From assembly GCA_021849365.1 (NCBI GenBank), contig JAJZSZ010000001.1, forward strand, positions 29,669 to 93,668: a DNA stretch of 64,000 nucleotides. Reading direction: 5' to 3'. The notes below the pieces were generated by a model, which was given only the letters and a program-made list of their open reading frames with translations, did no database searches and had not been told where the DNA came from. This stretch comes from Bacteroidota bacterium. GTDB lineage: Bacteria > Bacteroidota > Bacteroidia > Bacteroidales > Prolixibacteraceae. Shown here in pieces: positions 47,242-55,668 of the stretch. Each line of letters starts with the position of its first letter. Position 1 is the stretch's first letter. The position numbers were made by a program, and so were the translations under genes.

Positions 47242-48270
47242 TTATCTTTCATGATATTTGATGTTTGGCAGGGTAAATTTAAATTCACTTCCCTTGCCGA
47301 TTTTGCTCTCAACCCAAATTTTTCCTTCGCACTTTTCAATAAATTCCTTACATAAAATTAATCCGAGCCCGGTTCCTTTTTCTCCATTTGTTCCTGGTGT
47401 TGACTGATTTTTTTCAATATTGAACAGGTTTTCCATGTTTTTTTGTGAAATACCTATTCCTGAATCTTTAACCGATATTTCAATTGTTTCATTTTGATCT
47501 TTTCCTGATAGGATTCTTGCTGAAATAGAAACCTCGCCTTTTTGAGGGGTGAACTTTATGGCATTGGCTAATAGGTTTCGAATAACAGTGTTGACTAAAT
47601 CCCGGTCGGTATTGAAATATAAATCCTCATTTACTTCCGACTTCATACAAATTCCTTTTTCAATGGCATTCTGATTAAACAAAATGACATTTTCATCAAT
47701 CAACTCCCGTAAATTTAGATTTGCAGGATTAAATACAACTTTTCCTCTTTGGCTGTGTGACCAAGTCAATAAATTCTCTGACAGCTTATAGGTGTTTTGT
47801 GAGCCTTCATAAATTAGCTTTATAAATTCCTTTTTGGTTTTATGGTCGTACATTTCATATTCGTGAAACAATAGTTCCGAAAGGCTCAATAATGAACTTA
47901 AGGGGTTTTTCAGGTCGTGGGCAATGATTGAGAAAAATTTGTCTTTTGTCGCATTTAGATCATGTAATTCTTTTTTTTGTTTTTCGAGCAGATCATTTTT
48001 CTTTTTAAGTGTAATGCGCGACATTTCGAATAATACTGCTAAAACGATTCCAAAAAGACCAAAAAACAAAGACATTGAAGAATTTATATAGTGCTGAAGC
48101 CGTTCCTTGTCGTAAAGCGCGACAATATCAAAACCTTCATTTATAAGCATTGAAAGTGGGTGGAAGATAAATAAGCCAACTAATGCGCCTATTATTAACT
48201 CCATAATAAAAAAAGTATATTCCTTCTTCAAAATTTGTCCTCGGCTCATGGCATTAACATAATAGTACAT
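47242..48270 (-). CDS. 2-TM sensor histidine kinase
   Basis: IIAHDLKNP, NLLANAIKFT, DSGIG, GTGLGL. Confidence 0.92.
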   Translation of the reverse strand: MYYYVNAMSRGQILKKEYTFFIMELIIGALVGLFIFHPLSMLINEGFDIVALYDKERLQHYINSSMSLFFGLFGIVLAVLFEMSRITLKKKNDLLEKQKKELHDLNATKDKFFSIIAHDLKNPLSSLLSLSELLFHEYEMYDHKTKKEFIKLIYEGSQNTYKLSENLLTWSHSQRGKVVFNPANLNLRELIDENVILFNQNAIEKGICMKSEVNEDLYFNTDRDLVNTVIRNLLANAIKFTPQKGEVSISARILSGKDQNETIEISVKDSGIGISQKNMENLFNIEKNQSTPGTNGEKGTGLGLILCKEFIEKCEGKIWVESKIGKGSEFKFTLPNIKYHER

Positions 48271-48318
48271 TCACATTTTGAACAAGATGGGTTTCATATT
48301 CATGAAATTGTGTGAGAT

Positions 48319-48672
48319 TTAAATATGAACTTCAGGAAACCCTATTTTTTTATCGGCCTTACAATCAGGCTGAAATAATTCTCTTAATTCTTGCTCGATA
48401 AAAATTCTTCCTTGTTGTTTTAAAAATGGAGTGTAGTGAGCATAAATTGTCAATTTCCCTTTGCAATTTTTAACCCAACAGTCTTTTTTATCGTGATTTT
48501 CAATTCTTGTTCTCAACTTTAAGCTTTCACCAACATCTAATAAAAAATATTCAGTATCCACCTTACAAACTATAGCATATACACCCGATCTGTCTTTGAT
48601 TTCATCAATTGATGCGAAAGGGCCTGTAAACGAATATTTTCCTAATTTGATTGCCATAACTTTAAATTTCAA
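48319..48672 (-). CDS. GIY-YIG-like small protein
   Basis: SGVYAI, LLDVGES..LRTRI..H, late IEQEL. Confidence 0.65.
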   Translation of the reverse strand: MKFKVMAIKLGKYSFTGPFASIDEIKDRSGVYAIVCKVDTEYFLLDVGESLKLRTRIENHDKKDCWVKNCKGKLTIYAHYTPFLKQQGRIFIEQELRELFQPDCKADKKIGFPEVHI

Positions 48673-48680
48673 CAGGAGTT

Positions 48681-49136
48681 TTATCGCAAACTATCTTGTA
48701 GTGCATTAAAATAATCAACGAGTAATTTTTTGCTTTTCGGTGTTAAACGGGCATCCCGATGGATTAATGTATAGGAGGAAAGCGGCATTTCGTCTTTTTC
48801 AATCTGGCTTGCCATCGAACTCAATTTGCTTCTTTGTTTTCTGACGGAATAGGATCCAAATTCGCTAAAATTTAGTTCGGCCTTACCTTTATCGATATGT
48901 TGCTCTAAAAACCATCCAACCGGCTGCACATAGCTATACCAGGGATAATTGGTATTATTGCTGTGGCAGTTGTAGCAGGAGGTATGCAATGCTCGCCCCA
49001 CTTCATCAGGAACTTTATAAGTTAGTATAAAGTCGGTTGATGATACTTCTGAACTTTGATTGGTTCTGGTGGATATAAATTGAAGACCCACCAGAACAAC
49101 CAAAATTGCTAACCCAATGCGCTTTAGCGTTTTCAT
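48681..49136 (-). CDS. haem-binding (cytochrome c-type) domain protein
   Basis: SCYNCHSN...YPWY, LNFSE, EMPL.SY..IH. Confidence 0.88.
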   Translation of the reverse strand: MKTLKRIGLAILVVLVGLQFISTRTNQSSEVSSTDFILTYKVPDEVGRALHTSCYNCHSNNTNYPWYSYVQPVGWFLEQHIDKGKAELNFSEFGSYSVRKQRSKLSSMASQIEKDEMPLSSYTLIHRDARLTPKSKKLLVDYFNALQDSLR

Positions 49137-49735
49137 TTCACAGAAATTTCAACAAGAACCCTACCGCATTTCTCCATATTCTTACCGCGAAACGGATTCT
49201 TTATCTTATCAGACGCACTTAACCACTTGCCGCCTTTGTTGTTGTTATACATTGAGCAAAATAACTGATACAAGGTGCGATCCGATCCTGTAATAACGAT
49301 CAGGTCTTTGAGGTCTCCGCCCAATAGTTCAAAGTGTTCCCTTTGATGGTCTATTTTGTCGCCATTTTCCGAAATATGCTCCGCATTTTCTTTGGCATCA
49401 TCCAGAATTTCTTTCAATTCCTTTTGTTTTGACGCTTCCTGACCTGAAAGATCGAATTTTCCAAGGGCATCGAACAGCATTTTTCCTGAACTGGCCGCTT
49501 TCTTAGCGTTATCATCGACCAAAGCATCTTTTAAAGCAAGGTAATTATCCAGAATAGATGTTACAGCCAGAGAGTGTTTAACCTTGATTGAAGGTATAAC
49601 GCGAGGTTCTTCTTTCATTTTTGGCGCCATGTTCGAATGGCTGCTTCCTGAGTTCCCCATGCCCGAATGGTCGTGCTGGGCGCTTGCTCCCCAGCTCACT
49701 AAAGCCAGAAAAAGCATAATCATTGTTGTTTTCAT
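49133..49735 (-). CDS. DUF3347-domain exported protein
   Basis: YLALKDALV, HQREHF, FCSMY, WLS....KNPF, C; start MKTTMI assumed. Confidence 0.85.
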   Translation of the reverse strand: MKTTMIMLFLALVSWGASAQHDHSGMGNSGSSHSNMAPKMKEEPRVIPSIKVKHSLAVTSILDNYLALKDALVDDNAKKAASSGKMLFDALGKFDLSGQEASKQKELKEILDDAKENAEHISENGDKIDHQREHFELLGGDLKDLIVITGSDRTLYQLFCSMYNNNKGGKWLSASDKIKNPFRGKNMEKCGRVLVEISVK

Positions 49736-49871
49736 TGTTTTACAATTAAAAGAATTAAAAATTGATATGAGAGTTAAGCCGGTATCATCATCTGAATTTC
49801 GCGGACGAAGACTGCGGATGTGAATAAGATTTCTATTATTCACGTTTGATTAAAATAGCATGGATTCCCTT

Positions 49872-50048
49872 TTAACCAAAAAAATGGTGGAAGCCATGTG
49901 GATTTGAATCTTTTATCGGAATCAGTTTCATGTTACACACCGGGCAATTCCCCGGATGGTTATACTTTTTATTTTCTTCACACTTCATCGGGCACTGATA
50001 AACGATGTTCTTTTTTTCATGTTCAGAATATTGCTTTTTTTCGTCCAT
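49872..50048 (-). CDS. 58-aa heavy-metal-binding-domain protein (not in ORF track)
   Basis: YQCPMKCEENKKYNHPGNCPVCNMKL with His-rich tail. Confidence 0.8.
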   Translation of the reverse strand: MDEKKQYSEHEKKNIVYQCPMKCEENKKYNHPGNCPVCNMKLIPIKDSNPHGFHHFFG

Positions 50049-50161
50049 GACCTTTTTGTTAAGTGTTAAACATCTTATCTCTATTTAATTGACCAAATAA
50101 CAGCGAAACAGAAAAACAAAGATTCACACAGGTTAAAGAGACCGTTTCACAATACCAGGTT

Positions 50162-50974
50162 TTAATCAGACCCTCTACTTTGCAGGTACTTTACTGTTTC
50201 ACTTGTAGTGAGGGGATTTGTCACATTTCCGGTCCTCAGGTAGAAAATTGTTCTATTGTCTTCGTTGAAGAACACGGGATGTCGGCAGGGTTCTATATAA
50301 AGCGTACATATTTCTTTCATTTCTATTTCATGAAACGACACATGGATTTTTGTACAAATATCCTTACCAAAAGCATTTGCAACCAACAGGATTAATCGTT
50401 GCTGAAAACCATCTTTATCTTTTCGCTTCAATGACCAGTAATCATTTTCAAGCCCCAATATTTCGCCACTATCGTTGACCCCGATAATTAAGGTGCCTCC
50501 ATTTGCATTGAGAAATCCGGCTATTGATTTTAAAATCACATCTTCCAGATTCTTATCTGTTTTAATCTGGCGGTAATCGTGGCGCAAAGAGGATTTAAAT
50601 TCAACAAACTCACTTTCTCCGTTGGCAATTAAACTGGGAATACTTTGCTTTAACAATTGCTTCTTTCCGTATAGCAAATATTCTCTTCTTTTAATAGATT
50701 TATAATACAAACCAGAGCCAAAGCCTATAGTTGCTCCCAGTATTGAAAAAGCCACCGACATGGGCATCATATGCAGACTGAAAGTATGCTTGAAATTTCC
50801 CAGAAAAACATTGAACAAATCAGACAGGTTGTATTCATTTGTATTCAATTGAAACCAGTATATAACCATGCTGATCGGGTGTATGATGAAATATCCGATT
50901 AACAGTCCGATAAAAGTATGGATAATCAGTTCTTTGTTATTTTTCATGATGAACCTGGATATGATAAGGCGCAT
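50162..50974 (-). CDS. 2-TM His/Met sensor module fused to Schlafen/AlbA_2 domain
   Basis: HPISM and HMMPMS in the TM region; GESEFVEFKSS, FLNANGG, GVNDSG; start may be 50947. Confidence 0.85.
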   Translation of the reverse strand: MRLIISRFIMKNNKELIIHTFIGLLIGYFIIHPISMVIYWFQLNTNEYNLSDLFNVFLGNFKHTFSLHMMPMSVAFSILGATIGFGSGLYYKSIKRREYLLYGKKQLLKQSIPSLIANGESEFVEFKSSLRHDYRQIKTDKNLEDVILKSIAGFLNANGGTLIIGVNDSGEILGLENDYWSLKRKDKDGFQQRLILLVANAFGKDICTKIHVSFHEIEMKEICTLYIEPCRHPVFFNEDNRTIFYLRTGNVTNPLTTSETVKYLQSRGSD

Positions 50975-50977
50975 AAG

Positions 50978-52006
50978 CTAGGATTTTAAATTATTTACAA
51001 TAGGAAAATATAACCTAATGGCAGCTCCGCCGTCTGTTGAATTTCCAATTTCAATTTTTCCTTTGTGTGCTTCGCAAATGAGCTTTATCAATGGAAAATC
51101 CAGACCGTTGCACCCAACCAGAGTTGTATTGCTGCCCAAAAGAGTAAATACATTCTTTTCCGCAAGGCCAGAGAATCCCTTTCCGTCGTTGCCAATTTCA
51201 AGAACAGTATATGACTTGGCCGTATCTTCCCAGCCATCGATAGATATCTGCTTTTTGCAGAATTGCAGCGTATTCGCGAAAATATGATCCATACATGTAC
51301 CGAATAAGTCAGCATTCGCACAGACAAAAGTTTGTGCCTCGTTTAACCGAAATGAAAAATTAACTGCAATTTGCCTTTGAAGAATTTCCTCGTTGTACTT
51401 GCTAAGTTTAAACCTTACCTCTTCGAGCAAGTTTAATCTATCTTTATTTAATCTGGCATCCTTTGTTCTTAGTTCAGTTATTTTCAACGCCGTAAGCGAA
51501 AAATTCTCAAGACGGGCGACCGAGGCGTCAAGCATATCAACAATATGTTTTAGTTCGCTTGAAGTATCCATGTTTTTTATAATACTTACAGAGCCCACAA
51601 TTCCATGGAGCGGAGTCCTGATCTCGTGACCGATCAAATGAAGAAAATTCGATTTAATGTTGTCTAATTCAACTAATTCTTCGTGTTTTTCATGTAATAT
51701 CCTTTTTAGCTTCAACGATCTGGAATAAAGCCCTGAAATGAATCCGAAGAACCCACCAATTAATGCAAAGACGATACTCATCGGCAACATGCTTGAATGG
51801 AATGAATGTTTAACCCGCATCATAAATACGTCAGCCAACAAATCGAAAGAAATAGTTGATGAATTAAACTCAAACCAATAAACAACCATGGTTATCGGGT
51901 GAAACACAAAAATTGAAATAAGCGCTCCAATTACTGTGTGAATAAGTATCATGTTAAAATGCAAGCCTGTTATGTCAGTTGCGATTTTCTTCATTTTAAA
52001 ATACAT
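50978..52006 (-). CDS. 2-TM histidine kinase with divergent ATPase domain
   Basis: IGHEIRTPL H-box; atypical N/G boxes. Confidence 0.82.
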   Translation of the reverse strand: MYFKMKKIATDITGLHFNMILIHTVIGALISIFVFHPITMVVYWFEFNSSTISFDLLADVFMMRVKHSFHSSMLPMSIVFALIGGFFGFISGLYSRSLKLKRILHEKHEELVELDNIKSNFLHLIGHEIRTPLHGIVGSVSIIKNMDTSSELKHIVDMLDASVARLENFSLTALKITELRTKDARLNKDRLNLLEEVRFKLSKYNEEILQRQIAVNFSFRLNEAQTFVCANADLFGTCMDHIFANTLQFCKKQISIDGWEDTAKSYTVLEIGNDGKGFSGLAEKNVFTLLGSNTTLVGCNGLDFPLIKLICEAHKGKIEIGNSTDGGAAIRLYFPIVNNLKS

Positions 52007-52053
52007 GTTTTGATTGTAGATTCCGGCAATTCAGGATAAATTGCATAGGGGGT

Positions 52054-52088
52054 AATTGATCCGATGACTGCGTGTCATCGGATCAATT
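52054..52088. other. perfect 15-bp hairpin without U-tail (possible mRNA stability or processing element)
   Basis: AATTGATCCGATGAC-TGCGT-GTCATCGGATCAATT. Confidence 0.55.
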
Positions 52089-52119
52089 GAAAAGAATGAG
52101 TCACTTCCAGAAATATTCG

Positions 52120-52518
52120 CTATTTCATGGGAGCCATTTTCATGTCCATTTTTGCATCTTTTTTGCCGTCCATCTTCATGTCAGTTTTCGCACGCTCGTA
52201 TTGACAACAACCCGGCAGTTTATTGTATGCCTCATCAGTAGCCTTGTGCATTTCGGTATCGTGGCCAGCTTTGGCAATGGCCATTTCCACTTTATGAACG
52301 TCGGTTTTCGAATCATCAAAAGCCAGGTCCATCATTTTGGTTTCCTTGTTCCAATTGGCCGTAGCAACTCCATCAACAGCTTTTGCCGCTTTTTCAATGC
52401 GTGCTTTACACTGCTCGCAATTACCATAAACCTTAACTTTCTCCACTTTATTGCCAGCAAAAACGGCAACTACCCCAAACATGAGCAGAGCCGCCAAACT
52501 TAAAACTTTTGTTTTCAT
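52120..52518 (-). CDS. exported HMA-domain metallochaperone
   Basis: GNCEQC, LPGCCQY, Met-rich tail. Confidence 0.88.
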   Translation of the reverse strand: MKTKVLSLAALLMFGVVAVFAGNKVEKVKVYGNCEQCKARIEKAAKAVDGVATANWNKETKMMDLAFDDSKTDVHKVEMAIAKAGHDTEMHKATDEAYNKLPGCCQYERAKTDMKMDGKKDAKMDMKMAPMK

Positions 52519-52545
52519 ACTCTTATAAATTAAATGGTTAAACTT

Positions 52546-54198
52546 TTATTTCCGATACTTACAGCAGTCCGGAAGCGCTTTATAGGCAGCATCCGAGGCC
52601 TTAAATTTTTCGGTATCATGCCCAACTTTAGCAATAGCTTTCTGAATATTATCCAGGTTGGTTTTACCTCCGTCAAACTGTACATGCAACATTTTTGTTT
52701 CGGTACTCCATTCGGCTGAAGCAACGCCGACAACCGATTTAGCTGCCGCTTCGATCCGTGCTTTACATTGGTCGCAATTGCCCGAAACTTTGACCATCTG
52801 ATGTTCTGCTTTTGGCTTTTCTGAACCACTTCCCATATCCATACCTGACATGTCATTGCTGTCCATTGGTTTCGCATTCGCGGGCGCGGTTTTGTTGTCC
52901 CCCGGGTTTTCTTCGCCCGGCATAACCATTCCCGGCATTGAGGTTGCCTTTTTGCCTCCTGAAGGATTCATCATACTCGGTTTGCCTTCCAGTTGGGCAG
53001 CAGCGTCAACGCTAAAGGCGCTTTGGGTCACAATTTCCTCGCCATCGGCTAAACCATCCAAAACAACTAAACTGTTGCCCAGTTGCGGCCCCAATTCGAC
53101 TTCGCGGATTTTGAAAACAGGCTCTTCACTGTTTGGCTGCTTTACATATACGATGGACCGTTTGCCAGTCCAAAGCACGGCAGAGCGTGGAATAACCAGT
53201 TTATCGCGGTACTGGACAAGATTGGCTTTCACAATTCCGGTTGCAAACATTTCGGGTTTCAGTTTCCCTCCGGGATTACCGATTTCCAGGCGCACTTTGG
53301 CTACCCGGTTAACCGGATCGATCACCGGATCAATAAACCTGATGTTTCCGGAGAATGAAGACCCAGGCAATGCCTGAATAGTGAAGTCAACTTTATCTCC
53401 GGTTTTCAGGAACGGAAGGTCGCTTTCGTAAGCATCGAACAGCACCCAAACACTTGACAAGTCGGAAACTTCGTAAAGTATCGACCCCTGACCAACATAG
53501 TCGCCCATACTGACACGTTTTGCCGTAACAATACCTGAAGTGGTCGATTCAACTTCTATGGTTGTCTTAATATTTCCGGAGTTCTCGATAGCCGAAATTT
53601 GTGTTTCAGACAATTTCCACTGGCGAAGTTTTTCTTTGGCCGCTTCGTAGATTTCGGGCTGCGCCTTTTTTGTTTTGGCTGCTTCGAGCAATTCCTGCTG
53701 GGCGGTAACCAGTTCCGGAGAATAAATGAGGGCCAACGGCTGGCCTTTCCGCACAGGTTCGCCCGTGAAATTGACCAGCAACTTTTCAACCCGTCCGGAG
53801 ATATAGGCAACCTGGCTCTGCCGTAAGCGCTCGTCGGCCTGCACTTTTCCGTAAAGGCGCACTTCTTTTTCCGGGTTTTGGCGCGAAACCACCGAGGTCA
53901 GCACATTGGCCAACTGGGCCGCTTCTTTGGTCAGATGAACGGCTCCCGGGTCCATCTCTGCGGTACTGCTTTGCGAAAGCGGGATCAAATCCATCGCGCA
54001 AATGGGGCATTTACCGGGTTTGTCCATTCGTATCTGGGGGTGCATGGCACAAGTCCAGACTTCAGATTTTGCAGTTTCTGCCGCATGGTCATGTTTTTCT
54101 TCTTTGGCCGGAGATGAATGGAAGAATATCCAGCCGAGCAAAATACCCCCAATCAGAATGAGGCTAAAGCGAACGTATTGATTACTAAATATTTTCAT
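52546..54198 (-). CDS. cusB: CusB-type adaptor with N-terminal metal-binding domain and C-terminal HMA
   Basis: WTCAMHPQI...CPICAMDL, YSPEL, LKPEM, GNCDQC. Confidence 0.9.
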   Translation of the reverse strand: MKIFSNQYVRFSLILIGGILLGWIFFHSSPAKEEKHDHAAETAKSEVWTCAMHPQIRMDKPGKCPICAMDLIPLSQSSTAEMDPGAVHLTKEAAQLANVLTSVVSRQNPEKEVRLYGKVQADERLRQSQVAYISGRVEKLLVNFTGEPVRKGQPLALIYSPELVTAQQELLEAAKTKKAQPEIYEAAKEKLRQWKLSETQISAIENSGNIKTTIEVESTTSGIVTAKRVSMGDYVGQGSILYEVSDLSSVWVLFDAYESDLPFLKTGDKVDFTIQALPGSSFSGNIRFIDPVIDPVNRVAKVRLEIGNPGGKLKPEMFATGIVKANLVQYRDKLVIPRSAVLWTGKRSIVYVKQPNSEEPVFKIREVELGPQLGNSLVVLDGLADGEEIVTQSAFSVDAAAQLEGKPSMMNPSGGKKATSMPGMVMPGEENPGDNKTAPANAKPMDSNDMSGMDMGSGSEKPKAEHQMVKVSGNCDQCKARIEAAAKSVVGVASAEWSTETKMLHVQFDGGKTNLDNIQKAIAKVGHDTEKFKASDAAYKALPDCCKYRK

Positions 54199-54216
54199 CG
54201 TATATATTTTTTTGTG

Positions 54217-55668
54217 TTACTTGATTTTCGTATAGGCCATTAAGCGGTTGAACCATGCTATTGACGTGTTGTTATCGGCGACTGCTTCTATTTGCTGGTA
54301 CTCGTAATCGAGCGTCTGTTGCCTGACTCGCAGAATGTCGGTGAGCGAAACGCCTGAGGAAGCAAAGCTTTTAAACATGATATCGAGCGATTTAGAAGCC
54401 AATTGATATTGACTGGCATATAATTTTATCCGGCGCTGTGCATCCTGGTACAACTGCAATGCCTGATAATACTCGGTTTGCAGCGTATTAGCAACAGCTT
54501 TATAATTTTCGGTATTTGCCTGTTTCAAAAAGTCGGCTTCATCGCGCATCGCCTTGTACTTTTTTCGGTAAACAGGCAATGTAACCTTCACCTCGGGCAT
54601 AATCATGTCTTTACCATTCATCGGTGATGTTGACATCGCATTTTTATTGATCAGCGAATAATTCAATCCGACCCCAACCATTGGATAGCCCATTTTGGTA
54701 ACCATTTGTTTGCGGGCTTCCAGCGATTGTTGCTCAAACTGAAGCATTCCCAGCATCGGGTTGTTTTTCAGGATGCTGTCAGAAATCGCTAAAAGCGAAG
54801 GGTCAAAATTTTCAGACGTCAAGGTATCCGGCAAGGCAACAATTGCAGTTTGAGGCCTGTTTAAATAACTGTTAAACTGTGCTGAGATGGTAATCAACTG
54901 GTTTTTTAACAGGTTAATGTTATTCTGAAGGTCGCCAATTTCGATTTGAATGCGATACACATCGGAGAGACCCGAGCCTCCGGAAGACGACCCCATGGGA
55001 CTGCCCCCCATTGGCGAAGATGCCTGGCCTGAAGCTGACCCACCGGAATTGCCCGAACCGCTGCCCATGCTATTCATTCCCGATGATCCGGAGGAAGAAC
55101 CTGGAGTAGGAGTTTGGGACATTGATTTGCTGGCTGGGGCAGATCCGTTTACGGAAGTACCAGCCTTGAACCTGACAACCGCCAACCGTTCAACCGTTTG
55201 AAGCAATGCGATGTTATTTTCCGAAATACGGATTTTCTGCCTGACCTTATTCAATTCGTACCATGTACGCTGCACGTCATAGAATACCTGAAACTTGGCA
55301 TCGCGAAACGTTTCCAGTTTGGCTTTTGCCATCAGGCTCATTTCGTCCTTGGCATATTTGAGTTGACCAAACCAGGGGAACATCTGCATCAATTGTATAT
55401 CAGCCAATTGGTTTCCGCCAACCAGTTCCATGGGCTTGAGGAAAACCCCCAGGCTGGCTTCAGGATCGGGCAAACTTCCCACCTGGGGCACTTTCTGCAA
55501 GGTAGCTTCATATTCAGCATACCGCTGAAGTACAGTTGGGTTATTTTTGACCGCAATTTCAAGATAATTTAATAAAGAATCTGTCTTTTCCTGACTATTG
55601 CCCATAACCCAACTACCAAGAGCAAGCATCAGCAACAGTATTTTTTTATATGCCTGTGTTTTCATCAT
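54217..55668 (-). CDS. TolC-family outer-membrane factor with Ser/Gly/Met-rich insert
   Basis: LPDP, QMFPWFG; lies between cusA and cusB. Confidence 0.88.
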   Translation of the reverse strand: MMKTQAYKKILLLMLALGSWVMGNSQEKTDSLLNYLEIAVKNNPTVLQRYAEYEATLQKVPQVGSLPDPEASLGVFLKPMELVGGNQLADIQLMQMFPWFGQLKYAKDEMSLMAKAKLETFRDAKFQVFYDVQRTWYELNKVRQKIRISENNIALLQTVERLAVVRFKAGTSVNGSAPASKSMSQTPTPGSSSGSSGMNSMGSGSGNSGGSASGQASSPMGGSPMGSSSGGSGLSDVYRIQIEIGDLQNNINLLKNQLITISAQFNSYLNRPQTAIVALPDTLTSENFDPSLLAISDSILKNNPMLGMLQFEQQSLEARKQMVTKMGYPMVGVGLNYSLINKNAMSTSPMNGKDMIMPEVKVTLPVYRKKYKAMRDEADFLKQANTENYKAVANTLQTEYYQALQLYQDAQRRIKLYASQYQLASKSLDIMFKSFASSGVSLTDILRVRQQTLDYEYQQIEAVADNNTSIAWFNRLMAYTKIK

